This document shows, piece after piece, positions 23,795 through 36,141 of a stretch of DNA of 64,000 nt; the first letter of the stretch is position 1, and every line of letters begins with the position of its first letter. Below the pieces are notes generated by a model that saw nothing but the letters and a program-made list of their open reading frames with translations, ran no database searches and was not told where the DNA came from. The DNA is from Azolla caroliniana. Lineage: Eukaryota > Plantae > Polypodiophyta. Position numbers and translations under genes: made by a program. The DNA lies in the NCBI GenBank assembly GCA_043228905.1, contig JBHGNT010000009.1, forward strand, positions 17,794,001 to 17,858,000. Direction: 5' to 3'.

Positions 23795-24646
23795 CTCACT
23801 TAAATTTGCGAACCATTTTTCAGAATATGAATCTCTTCATGTAATATATGATGTAAATATTGAATATGATAAGTCTCCACTATCTTTAAAAACCAGAATT
23901 GCTAAATTAACTATATGGTTCTCTCTTCTTGTGCCAAATTAATTTCTCTTATGATCGTGATTTCTCTAAAATAATAATATTCTAAGAAAGCCCAACGTAA
24001 GCTGGTGATTATTGAGCAATACTTACCATTGCTATTTCGAATACCACAAACTGAATAAAGAAAATTAACATGGTCTTATAGCGTGTTGCATGCATTGGTA
24101 GTTTGGTGGTAGAATAGTACCCTCCCACGGTACAGACTCAGGTCCAATTCCTGGCCAATGCAATGATGAAAACAAGGTTATTCAATCTTGGGAGAGAAAT
24201 TTCCCTTAGATACGATGTGAGACCATGTTCGACATCAACAAAATCAATAATAGAAAATTAACATGGTCTCATCGCATGTTGCATGCATTGGTAGTTTAGT
24301 GGTAGAATAGTACCCTCCCATGGTACAGACTCGTGTTCAATTGCCGGCCAATGCAATGATGAAAACAAGGTTATTCAATCTTGGGATAGAAATTTCCCTC
24401 AGATACAATGTGGGACCATGTTCGACATCAAGAATCGTAAATGACCTTAAATTTTGTTGTAACGATGAGAAATAATGTGAAGGAGAAATAAGGTGGTACT
24501 TACTTCTGAGGACGTATTTTGTTTCCTTCTAAATTTATCGGCGTCCAACAATACCACAACCATATTTAAACTATTTATTTTCTAACATATATATCAAATT
24601 GGATACCTGAGAAGTGATATGAAATATCGGGTTTATATTTTGTTAT

Positions 24647-24717
24647 GCATTGGTGGTCTAGTGGTAGAATAGTACCCTGCCACGGTACAGACCCGGGTTC
24701 GATTCCCGGCCAATGCA
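24647..24717 (+). tRNA. tRNA-Gly(GCC), intact
   Basis: Identical to consensus. Confidence 0.95.
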
Positions 24718-25014
24718 CTCACTAAAATTTGCGAACCATTTTACAGAATATGAATCTCTTCATGTAATATATGATGTAAATATTGAATATGATAAGTCTC
24801 CACTATCTTTAAAAACCAGAATTGCTAAATTAACTATATGGTTCTCTCTTCTTGTGCCAAATTAATTTCTCTTATGATCGTGATTTCTCTAAAATAACAA
24901 TATTCTAAGAAAGGCCAACGTAAGCTGGTGATTATTGAGCAATACTTACCATTGCTATTTCGAATACCACAGACTCAATAAAGAAAATTAACATGGTCTT
25001 ATAGCGTGTTGCAT

Positions 25015-25085
25015 GCATTGGTAGTTTAGTGGTAGAATAGTACCCTGCCACGGTTCCGACCCGGGTTCGATTCCCGGCTAATGTA
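25015..25085 (+). pseudogene. Chimeric tRNA-Gly (CCC-type 5' part, GCC-type anticodon and 3' part)
   Basis: CCC upstream flank and GTAGTTTAG D-arm; GCC anticodon and GCC downstream flank. Confidence 0.8.
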
Positions 25086-26465
25086 CTGACCAAACTTTGC
25101 GAACAATTTTTCAGAATATGAATCGCTTCATGTAATATGTGATGTAAATATTAAATATTATAAGTCTCCACTATCTTTAAAAACCAGAACTGCTAAATTA
25201 ACTATGATCGTGATTTCTCTTATGATCATGATTTCTCTAAAATAACAATATTCTAAGAAAGGCCAACGTAAGCTCGTGATTATTGAGCAATACTTAGCAT
25301 TGCTATTTCGAATACCACAGACTCAATAAAGGAAATTAACGTGGTCTTATAGCATGTTGCATGCATTGGTAGTTTAGTGGTAGAATAGTACCCTCCCACG
25401 GTACAGACTCGGGTCGAATTCCCGGTCAATGCAATGATGAAAACAAGGTTATTCAATCTTGGGAGAGAAATTTCCCTCAGATACGATGTGAGACCATGTT
25501 CGACATCAAGAATCCTAAATTACCTTACATTTTGTTGTAACGACGAGAAATAATGTCCAAGAGTATGTAGACATATAAGGTCGTAGTTACTTCTGATGAC
25601 GTATTTTGTTTCCTTCTAAATTTATTTGCGTCCAACTATACCACAATAATATTTAAACTATTTATTTTCTAACGTAGACATCAAATTGGATACCTGAGAA
25701 GTGATGGGGAATATCGGGGTCTTATTTCGAGATGCATTGTTGGTCTAGTGGAAGAATAGTACCTTGCCAAGGTACATAGCCGGGTTCAATTCACGACTAA
25801 TGCATTGATGAAGCTTTCAAAACCATTTTTTAAGAATATCAATCCATTCATGTAATATGTGATGGAAATATTGAATATGATGAGTCTCCACTATCTTTAA
25901 GGACCAGAACTGCCAAATTAGCTATATGGTTCTTGCTGCTTTTGCAAAACTAATTTCTGTTCTGATCGTGATTTCTCTAAAATAACAATATTCTAATAAA
26001 AGCCAACATAAGCTGGTGATTATTGAGCAATAATTAGCATTGCTATTTCGAATACCACAGACTCAATAACAAAAAATTAACATATTCATATTGCATATTC
26101 CATGCATTGGTAGTTTAGTGGTAGAATAGTACCCTCCCACGGTACAGACTCGGGTTCAATTCCCAGACAATGCTATGATGAAAAGAAGCTTATTCAATCT
26201 TGGGAGAGAAAAATCCCTGAGATACGATGTGAGACCATGTTCGACATCAAGAATCGTAAATGACCATAAATTTTGCTGTAACGACAAGAAATAAAGTCAA
26301 GGATAAATAAGGTGGTACTTACTTCTGAGAACGTATTTTGTTTCCATCTAAATTCATTTGCGTCCAACAATACCACAACCATATTTAAACTATTTATTTT
26401 GTAACATACATATCAAATTGCATACCTGAGAAGTGATAGGTAATATCGAGTTTATATTTTGTTAT

Positions 26466-26515
26466 GCATTGGTGGTCTAGTGGTACAGACCCGGGTTCAA
26501 TTCCCCTTCAATGTA
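26466..26515 (+). pseudogene. tRNA-Gly lacking the anticodon arm
   Basis: Deletion between two GGTA motifs (TGGTA^CAGAC). Confidence 0.85.
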
Positions 26516-27176
26516 GTGACCAAGCTTTCGAAACCAATTCTTGAGAATATCAATCCCTTCATGTAATATGTGATGTAAATATTGAATATGATAAGTCTCC
26601 ACTATCTTTAAGGACCAGAAATGCTAAATTAGCTATATGGTTCTTGCTGCTTTTGCAAAACTAATTTCTGTTATGATCGTGATTTCTCTAAAATAACAAT
26701 ATTCTAACAAAAGCCAACATAAGCTGGTGATTATTGAGCAATACTTAGCATTGCTATTTCGAATACCACAGACTCAATAACAGAAGATTAACATATTCTT
26801 ATTGTATATTGCATGCATTGGTAGTTTATTGGTAGAATAGTACCCTCCCAGGTATAGACTCGGGTTCAATTCACGGCCAATGCAATGATAAAAAGATGCT
26901 TATTCAAGCTTGGGAGAGAAATATCCCTTAGATACGATGTGGGACTATGTTCGACATCAGAGAATTTTAAATGAGCTTAAATCTTATTTTAACAACGAGA
27001 AATAATGTCAAGGAGAAATAAGGTTGTAATTATTTCTGAGGACATATTTTGTTTCCTTTTAAATTTATCAGCGTCCAACAATACCACAATCATATTTAAA
27101 TTATTTATTTTCTAACGTATATATCAAATTGGATACCTGAGAAGTGATAGGAAATATCGGGTTAATATTTTGTTAT

Positions 27177-27247
27177 GCATTGGTGGTCTAGTGGTAGAAT
27201 AGTACCCTGCCACGGTACAGACCCGGGTTCGATTCCCGGCTAATGCA
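27177..27247 (+). tRNA. tRNA-Gly(GCC)
   Basis: One G:U pair in the acceptor stem, otherwise consensus. Confidence 0.88.
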
Positions 27248-27941
27248 ATGAGCAAGCTTTCGGAACCAATTCTTGAAAATATCAATCCTTTCATGTAATA
27301 TATAACGTAAATATTGAATATGATAAGTCTCCACTATCTTTAAGGACCAGAACTGCTAAATTAGCTATATGGTTCTTGCTGCTTTTGCAAAACTAATTTC
27401 TGTTATGATCGTGATTTCTCTAAAATAACAATATTCTAACAAAAGCCAACATAAGCTGAACAATATTCTAACAAAAGCCAACATAAGCTGGTGATTATTG
27501 AGCAATACTTAGTATTGCTATTTCGAATAGCACAGACTCAATAACAGAAAATTAACATATTCTTATTGTATATTCCATGCATTGGTAGTTTCGTGGTAGA
27601 ATAGTACCCTCCCACGGTATAGACTCGGGTTCAATTCCCGGCCAATGCAATGATAAAAAGATGCTTATTCAAGCTTGGGAGAGAAATATCCCTCAGATAC
27701 GATGTGGGACTATGTTCGACATCAGAGAATTTTAAATGACCTTAAATCTTATTGTAACAACGAGAAATAATGTCAAGGAGAAATAAGGTTGTAATTATTT
27801 CTGAGGACGTATTTTGTTTTCTTTTAAATTTATCAGCGTCCAACAATACCACAATCATATTTAAATTATTTATTTTCTAACGTATATATCAAATTGGATA
27901 CCTGAGAAGTGATAGGAAATATCGGGTTAATATTTCGTTAT

Positions 27942-28012
27942 GCATTGGTGGTTTAGTGGTAGAATAGTACCCTGTCACGGTACAGACCGGGGTTCGATTC
28001 CCGGCTAATGCA
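27942..28012 (+). pseudogene. tRNA-Gly body with GTC (Asp) anticodon
   Basis: CT-GTC-AC loop; T-stem mismatch. Confidence 0.75.
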
Positions 28013-28337
28013 CTGAGCAAGCTTTCGGAACCAATTCTTGAGAATATCAATCCCTACCAATTCTTGAGAATATCAATCCCTTCATGTAATATATAACGTA
28101 AATATTGAATATGATAAGTCTCCACTATCTTTAAGGACCAGAACTGCTAAATTAGCTATATGGTTCTTGCTGCTTTTGCAAAACTAATTTCTGTTATGAT
28201 CGTGATTTCTCTAATATAACACTATTCTAACAAAAGCCAACATAACCTGGTGATTATTGAGCAATACTTAGTATTGCTATTTCGAATACCACAGACTCAA
28301 TAACAGAAAATTAACATATTCTTATTGTATATTCCAT

Positions 28338-28408
28338 GCATTGGTAGTTTAGTGGTAGAATAGTACCCTCCCACGGTATAGACTCGGGTTCAATTCCCGG
28401 CCAATGCA
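28338..28408 (+). tRNA. tRNA-Gly(CCC)
   Basis: G:U pair in the anticodon stem; same variant at 30031 and 30764. Confidence 0.78.
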
Positions 28409-29433
28409 ATGATAAAAAGATGCTTATTCAAGCTTGGGAGAGAAATATCCCTCAGATACGATGTGGGACTATGTTCGACATCAGAGAATTTTAAATGACC
28501 TTAAATCTTATTGTAACAACGAGAAATAATGTCAAGGAGAAATAAGGTTGTCATTATTTCTGAGGACGTATTTTGTTTTCTTTTAAATTTATCAGCGTCC
28601 AACAATACCACAATCATATTTAAATTATTTATTTTCTAACGTATATATCAAATTGGATACCTGAGAAGTGATAGGAAATATCGGGTTAATATTTCGTTAT
28701 GCATTGGTGGTTTAGTGGTAGAATAGTACCCTGCCACGGTATAGACCCGGGTTCGATTCCAGGCTAATGCACTGAGAAAGCTTTCGGAACCAATTCTTGA
28801 GAATATCAATCCCTTCAAGTAATATATAACGTAAATATTGAATATGATAAGTCTCCACTATCTTTAAGGACCAGAACTGCTAAATTGGCTATATGGTTCT
28901 TGCTGCTTTGGCAAAACTAATTTCTGTTATGATCGTGATTTCTCTAATATAACACTATTCTAACAAAAGCCAACATAACCTGGTGATTATTGAGCAATAC
29001 TTAGTATTGCTATTTCGAATACCACAGCCTCAATAACAGAAAATTAACATATTCTTATTGTATATTCCATGCATTTGTAGTTTAGTGGTAGAATAGTACC
29101 CTCCCACGGTATAGACTCGGGTTCAATTCCCGGCCAATGCAATGATTAAAAGATGCTTATTTAAGCTTGGGAGAGAAATATCCCTCAGATACGATGTGGG
29201 ACTATGTTCGACATCAGAGAATTTTAAATGACCTTAAATCTTATTGTAACAACGAGAAATAATGTCAAGGAGAAATAAGGTTGTAATTATTTCTGAGGAC
29301 GTATTTTGTTTCCTTTTAAATTTATCAGCGTCCAACAATACCACAATCATATTTAAATTATTTATTTTCTAACGTATATATCAAATTGGATACCTGAGAA
29401 GTGATAGGAAATATCGGGTTAATATTTTGTTAT

Positions 29434-29504
29434 GCATTGGTGGTCTAGTGGTAGAATAGTACCCTGCCACGGTACAGACCCGGGTTCGATTCCCGGCTAA
29501 TGCA
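29434..29504 (+). tRNA. tRNA-Gly(GCC)
   Basis: Same as the 27177 copy. Confidence 0.88.
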
Positions 29505-30030
29505 ATGAGCAAGCTTTCGGAATCAATTCTTGAAAATATCAATCCCTTCATGTAATATATAACGTAAATATTGAATATGATAAGTCTCCACTATCTTTAA
29601 GGACCAGAACTAATTTCTGTTATATGGTTCTTGCTGCTTTTCCAAAACTAATTTCTGCTATGTTCGTGATTTCTCTAAAATAACACTATTCTAACAAAAG
29701 CCAACATAAGCTCGTGATTATTGAGCAATACTTGAGCAAGCTTTCGGAATCAATTCTTGAAAATATCAATCCCTTCATGTAATATATAACGTAAATATTG
29801 AATATGATAAGTCTCCACTATCTTTAAGGACCAGAACTGCTAAATTAGCTATATGGTTCTTGCTGCTTTTGCAAAACTAATTTCTGTTATGATCGTGATT
29901 TCTCTAAAATAACAATATTCTAACAAAAGCCAACATAAGCTGGCGATTATTGAGCAATACTTAGCATTGCTATTTCGAATAGCACAGACTCAATAACAGA
30001 AAATTAACATATTCTTATTGTATATTCCAT

Positions 30031-30101
30031 GCATTGGTAGTTTAGTGGTAGAATAGTACCCTCCCACGGTATAGACTCGGGTTCAATTCCCGGCCAATGC
30101 A
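30031..30101 (+). tRNA. tRNA-Gly(CCC)
   Basis: Same as the 28338 copy. Confidence 0.78.
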
Positions 30102-30393
30102 ATGATAAAAAGATGCTTATTCAAGCTTGGGAGAGAAATATCCCTCAGATACGATGTGGGACTATGTTCGACATCAGAGAATTTTAAATGTCCTTAAATC
30201 TTATTGTAACAACGAGAAATAATGTCAAGGAGAAATAAGGTTGTAATTATTTCTGAGGACGTATTTTGTTTTCTTTTAAATTTATCAGCGTCCAACAATA
30301 CCACAATCATATTTAAATTATTTATTTTCTAACGTATATATCAAATTGGATACCTGAGAAGTGATAGGAAATATCGGGTTTATATTTCGTTAT

Positions 30394-30464
30394 GCATTGG
30401 TGGTCTAGTGGTAGAATAGTACCCTGTCACGGTACAGACCGGGGTTCGATTCCCAGCTAATGCA
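30394..30464 (+). pseudogene. tRNA-Gly body with GTC (Asp) anticodon
   Basis: Second copy of the GTC variant. Confidence 0.75.
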
Positions 30465-30763
30465 CTGAGCAAGCTTTCGGAACCAATTCTTGAGAATATC
30501 AATCCCTTCATGTAATATATAACGTAAATATTGAATATGATAAGTCTCCACTATCTTTAAGGACCAGAACTGCTAAATTAGCTATATGGTTCTTGCTGCT
30601 TTTGCAAAACTAATTTCTGTTATGATCGTGATTTCTCTAATATAACACTATTCTAACAAAAGCCAACATAACCTGGTGATTATTGAGCAATACTTAGTAT
30701 TGCTATTTCGAATACCACAGACTCAATAACAGAAAATTAACATATTCTTATTGTATATTCCAT

Positions 30764-30834
30764 GCATTGGTAGTTTAGTGGTAGAATAGTACCCTCCCAC
30801 GGTATAGACTCGGGTTCAATTCCCGGCCAATGCA
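30764..30834 (+). tRNA. tRNA-Gly(CCC)
   Basis: Same as the 28338 copy. Confidence 0.78.
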
Positions 30835-31857
30835 ATGATAAAAAGATGCTTATTCAAGCTTGGGAGAGAAATATCCCTCAGATACGATGTGGGACTATGT
30901 TCGACATCAGAGAATTTTAAATGACCTTAAATCTTATTGTAACAACGAGAAATAATGTCAAGGAGAAATAAGGTTGTAATTATTTCTGAGGACATTTTTT
31001 GTTTTCTTTTAAATTTATCAGCGTCCAACAATACCACAATCATATTTAAACTATTTATTTTCTAATATATATATCAAATTGGATTCCTGAGAAGTGATAG
31101 GAAATATCGGATTTATATTTCGTTATGCATTGGTGGTCTACTGGTAGAATAGTAACCTGCCACGGTAAAGACCCGGGTTTGATTCCCGGCTAATGCACTG
31201 AGCAAGCTTTCGGAACCAATTCTTGAGAATATCAATCCATTCATGTAATATATAACGTAAATATTGAATATGATAAGTTTTCACTATCGTTAAACACTAT
31301 ACCCGCTAAATTACCTATATGGTTGTCGGTTTTTGTGCCAAACTAATTTCTGTTATGATCGTGATTTCTCTAAAATAACAATATTCTAACAAAAGCCAAC
31401 GTAAGCTCGTGATTATTGAGCAATACTTAGCATTGCTATTTCGAATACCACAGACTCAATAAAGAAAATTAACATGGTCTTATCGCATGTTGCATGCATT
31501 GGTAGTTTAGTGGTAGAATAGTAGCCTTCCACGGTACAAACTCGCCTTCAATTCCCGGCCAATGGAATGATGAAAACAAGGTTATTCAATCTTGGGAGAG
31601 AAATTTGCCCGAGATACAATGTGGGACCATGTTCGACATCAAGAATCGTAAATGACCTTAAATTTTGTTGTAACGTCGAGAAATAATGTCAAGGAGAAAT
31701 ATGGTTGTACTTACTTCTGAGGACGTATTTTGTTTCCTTCTAAATTTATTTGCCTCCAACAATACCACAATCATATTTAAACTATTTATTTTCTAACGTA
31801 TCTATCAAATTGGATACCTGAGAAGTGACAGGAAATATCAGGTTTATATTTCATTAT

Positions 31858-31928
31858 GCATTGGTGGTCTAGTGGTAGAATAGTACCCTGCCACGGTACA
31901 GACCCGGGTTCGATTCCCGGCCAATGCA
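31858..31928 (+). tRNA. tRNA-Gly(GCC), intact
   Basis: Identical to consensus. Confidence 0.95.
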
Positions 31929-32538
31929 CTGACCAAACTTTCCGAACCATTTTTCAGAATATGAATCGCTTCGTGTAATATGTGATGTAAATATTGATTA
32001 TGATAAGTGTCCACTATGTTTAAACACCATAACTGCAAAATTAGCTATATGGTTCTCACTTCTTGTGCCAAACTAATTTCTGTTATGATCGTGATTTCTC
32101 TAAAATAACAATATTCTAACAAAAGCCAACGTAAGCTGGTGATTATTGAGCAATACATAGCATTGCTATTTCGAATACCACAGACTCAATAAAGAAAATT
32201 AACATGGTCTTATCGCATGTTGCATGCATTGGTAGTTTAGTGGTAGAATAGTACCCTCCCACGGTACAAACTCGGGTTCAATTCCCTGCCAATGCAATGA
32301 TGAAAACAAGGTTATTCAATCTTGGGAGAGAAATTTCCTTCAGATACGATGTGGGACCATGTTCGACATCAAGAATCTTAAATGACCTTACATTTTGTTG
32401 TAACGACGAGAAATAATGTCCAAGATTATGTGGACATATAAGGTCGTAGTTACTTCGGAGGACGCATTTTGTTTCCTTCTAAATTTATTTGCGTCCAACA
32501 ATACCACAATAATATTTAAACTATTTATTTTCTAACGT

Positions 32539-33306
32539 TGTCATGCCTTTCGGCGCCGGATCGTTGCGTGAGACGGGTGGGAACCACTGAGTTTTTGGAC
32601 TAGGAGAAAGAAGAATATGAGATGAGGCTAGTAATTAATAGATTATTAGAAAGAGAGATAGAAATTTCGTGAATCCCACGAGTGTATTGTATTCGATTAA
32701 TCAATATTTAGATAAGAATATGTATTTAGATTGAAAGAAAGATATTAGAAACTTGTGAATCCCAGAAGTATAGATTATATTATTTTCGTGAATCCCACGA
32801 TTATATTAATCTATTGGTGTTTTCGGAAATATATCCAATTTCCAAATATTTCACACACCTTTTACATTGTGCTCCCCATCCTTATGTAGTGATCAGGGAG
32901 TCCATGCTTTTTTTTTTTCTAACTATAGACTCCATGCTTTTCCTATAGATAGACTATATGCTTTATCTAAAATGATCATGCTTTTTCTAACTTGTGTGTT
33001 TTTTATCAACTATAGCGTTCATGCACGCTAGATATGCATGCGTAGCTTTTTCTTTTACCATGCGTTTTCTTTTAACTAAAGTTTATCCTAGATGAACTAA
33101 GCTTTCTATGTGGAACATCTATTTTTGAACACTAATGAAATGCTAGTGTAATGGTAAGACATTACATTATTAACATGGAGGTGCAAGGTTCGAATGTTGC
33201 CCTATGCATGCTATATATATATTTTAATATTTTGTACTATTTATTCATATTTATTAAATCGGTACTTTATAAGTTTTTCACGTAGTGTACGAAATACACT
33301 ACGACA
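32539..33306 (-). repeat. 3' LTR
   Basis: TGTCATG..ACGACA on +; adjacent PPT complement CTCGCCCCCTCC. Confidence 0.92.
33144..33197 (+). promoter_or_regulatory. tRNA-like A-box (TAGTGTAATGG), 32 nt, B-box (GGTTCGAATGT) in the LTR; second copy at 35981-36034
   Basis: Shares 20 identical bp and the same spacing with the module at 1039-1092. Confidence 0.55.
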
Positions 33307-35337
33307 CTCGCCCCCTCCGAACCCGCACATCCTCCGGAATGTGCCGAAGTTGTCGGTGATTGTTAGTCTCGTCCATCCGTTCTCCGCATGGTTGGTTTCG
33401 TCACCGGTCATTTTTGGTTGCCAGCCCCGTTCGGTCTCCGGTTTTTGGTTGCGGACTCCGCCCGGTTTCCGGTTTAGTTCAGTTGCCGGCTCTGTCCGGT
33501 CTCCGGTTACCAGCCCTCGTAATTCTTCGTTACTTGTTGTACCCTTCGTTTCTCTCGCTATGTCAGCTTTGTCTCTCCATTTTGAGCACATCCATTCTTT
33601 CCACCCGAACCATTGTCGCCATCCGATCCACCATAATCTTCGTTCATTCTTTGCATTGCCATGAGTGGTTGTCATGGTCCCTTGTCGTACTCTTGAGCAT
33701 CTCGGTGTGTTGTCTCTCTCCACTCCGCGCTTGTCTTCCGTAGGTTCTACCCACGTGTCGATGTCGACCTCCGAATACGCGCTCGCTATTAGGTCCTTAT
33801 GTGGCTTTAATGCTTGCTTTATTTCTCGATGTTGCACATGCGTCGTATTAGGCCGTAGTGCATGCTTCGTATTCCATCGTAGTGCATGCGTCGTATTACC
33901 CCGTAGTGCATGCTTCTTTTTGCACAGTAGTGCGTGCTTCTTTTTGCGCCGTAGCGTGTGCTTCTCTTTACGCCATAGCACGTGCTTCTTTTGGTGCCGT
34001 AGCTCGTGCTCCGTATTACATGCTTCTCCCATCGTAGACCCGACCTTCGCGTTGTCGTGCTTTTGTTTACATCGGAATTTCAGGCGGATCATCTTCCATC
34101 CGAACCGGCTTCCAACTTTACCTTCCTTGCTGCCACCTCCCGTCTCTTCGGTCTCACGTTGGTTCTCGGACACAACTGCCGAAGTCTCTAGAATTAGTGG
34201 GTAGGAATCCTTGGTATTATCATCCTCCGTTGTTTCACCCATAGCCATATTCTCGGCTATCTCTCCGTCATCCGCATCGGCTTCGACCTTTGTTTTCTCT
34301 CCGCCACCTTCCGTCTCTTCGGTCTCACGTTGCCTTTCGAACGCAACCGCCGAAGTCTCTGGAATCCGTGGTGGGGAAGTCTCGATGTGGCCATCCGTCG
34401 TTGATTCGTCCATAGCCACCTTTGATTTGATGTCATCTTTCGTGGCGACCTCCTCAATCAAGTCCTCCTTGCTCTCTTTCACTGCATCAATTATGCTTAC
34501 CCCTTTTTCACCCAATGTTTCGGACACTTGTATTCTGAAATCTTCTTCTACACTTGGGTTATCGGCCTTATCCTTCGTCGTTGTTCTTTCGCAAGACAAG
34601 AGGGTAGCTTGTTTTACACCCTCTTCCGTCACACCATCTTGTTGTATTTCGGCCTTCATATCGGCTCCATCGTTTGTCTTCAATCGACCATCCTTCATCG
34701 GCCATGTCGTTGACAAGATTGTCATCTTCCTCTCATCATGTCTCCGGCATACCCTTTGGACTTCGGCCCAATCTTCGGTAAGACCATTCGTACCGTCATC
34801 GTCTTCGAGTTCGATCGCGATGTCCATCCATTCTTTTCGATCGATCGATTTTACGAACATTAGGACTTTATCCTCCCCCACCAATCGTTGTTCCCGCTCC
34901 GAGAGTCGAGCAAGACGATGCTCGAACTCTAGGAATGCTTGTGTTGCACTTCGGTGGGTCTTCTCCGATGCCACCCATTCGTCAAACTTGCGTCGATCTC
35001 GTCCCTTCGATCTCTCGTAGTCATATGCCTCTCATAAAGCTTCTTCAAAGGACCCCCATGTTGGATTTTGTTGCCGTATCTTGTAGATTCTTTCTTGTAA
35101 CTCATCCGTGGCTACCCGACTTAAGGATATCACTTGCAATCCTTCCGGTCTCCCACATCGCATCATCTCCCCTTTGTAGTCACGTAGATAGCGTGACACA
35201 TCATTTCCGTTGAATTCCCCATTTCGTCGCACAAGCCGCTCTACTGTCGCCTTCATCTCCGTCATCGCGCGTTGTTCTTGTTGCATCCGCTCAACCATCA
35301 TCATCATCATGTTCATCGCCTCTTGTTGATTCTCCAT
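33241..35337 (-). pseudogene. Gag-like protein with long low-complexity C-terminal extension (~700 codons, one in-frame TGA at 35032-35034)
   Basis: ORFs 35032-35424 and 33241-34974 are in the same frame. The N-terminus (F.G.DVSRYL..Y..EM, W..FE..L, VL.FVKS.D, GLT.DW) aligns by eye with the gag at 62177. Confidence 0.8.
33830..34010 (-). repeat. 24-bp coding minisatellite (HALRxKKK-type octapeptides)
   Basis: Repeated CGTAGTGCATGCTTC-type units. Confidence 0.8.
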
Positions 35338-35358
35338 CCCCTTGCCACCCGTCTTCAA

Positions 35359-35371
35359 GTCGGGTTCACCA
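35359..35371 (-). promoter_or_regulatory. Primer binding site (tRNA-Trp)
   Basis: TGGTGAACCCGAC, complementary to the plant tRNA-Trp 3' end (..GUCGGGUUCACCA). Confidence 0.85.
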
Positions 35372-35375
35372 AATG

Positions 35376-36141
35376 TGTCGTGCCTTTCGGCGCCGGATCG
35401 TTGCGTGAGTCGGGTGGGAACCACTGAGGTTTTGGACTAGGAGAAAGAAGAATATGAGATGAGGCTAGTAATGAATAGATTATTAGAAAGAGAGATAGAA
35501 ATTTCGTGAATCCCACGAGTGTATTGTATTCGATTAATCAATATTTAGATAAGAATATGTATTTAGATTGAAAGAAAGATATAAGAAACTTGTGAATCCC
35601 ACAAGTATAGATTATATCATTTTCGTGAATCCCACGATTATATTAATCGGTTGGTGTTTTCGAAAATATATCCAATTTCCAAATATTTCACACACCTATT
35701 ACATTGTGCTCCCCATCCTTATGTAGTGATCAGGGAGTCCATGCTTTTTTTTTTTCTAACTATAGACTCCATGCTTTTCCTATAGATAGACTATATACTT
35801 TATCTAAAGTGATCATGCTTTTTCTAACTTGTGTGTTTTTTATCAACTATAGCGTTCATGCACGCTAGATGTGCATGCGTAGCTTTTTCTTTTACCATGC
35901 GTTTTCTTTTAACTAAAGTTTCTCCTAGGTGAACTAAGCTTTCTATGTGGAACATCTATTTTTGAACATTAATGAAATGCTAGTGTAATGGTAAAAGATT
36001 ACATTATTAACATGGAGGTGCAAGGTTCCAATGTTGCCCTATGCATGTTATATATATTTTAATATTTTGTACTATTTATTCATATTTATTAAATCGGTAC
36101 ATTATAAGTTTTTCACGTAGTGTACGAAATACACTACGACA
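35376..36141 (-). repeat. 5' LTR
   Basis: TGTCGTG..ACGACA on +; matches 32539-33306. Confidence 0.92.

Larger units (their letters stand above)
32539..36141 (-). mobile_element. Non-autonomous gag-only gypsy-type LTR retrotransposon inserted in an array spacer
   Basis: Near-identical LTRs 32539-33306 and 35376-36141, 4-bp TSD ACGT, tRNA-Trp PBS (TGGTGAACCCGAC, minus strand), PPT 33307-33318, no pol motifs. Confidence 0.92.

Noticed and set aside
27942-28012. Genuine tRNA-Asp(GTC) gene
   Set aside because: Body, A73 discriminator and flanks are those of the Gly-GCC array gene; a single C35T change explains it.
11750-32300. CRISPR-like pattern of regularly spaced conserved repeats
   Set aside because: The repeats are 71-nt tRNA genes, the spacers are homologous to each other rather than unique, there are no cas genes, and the context is eukaryotic.
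11750-32300. Array units as tRNA-derived SINEs
   Set aside because: The tRNAs are complete cloverleaves in strict tandem, with no A/T tail or TSD per unit.
33194-35020. Long + strand ORFs antisense to the gag-like gene
   Set aside because: Shadow frames of a low-complexity coding strand with no recognisable motifs.
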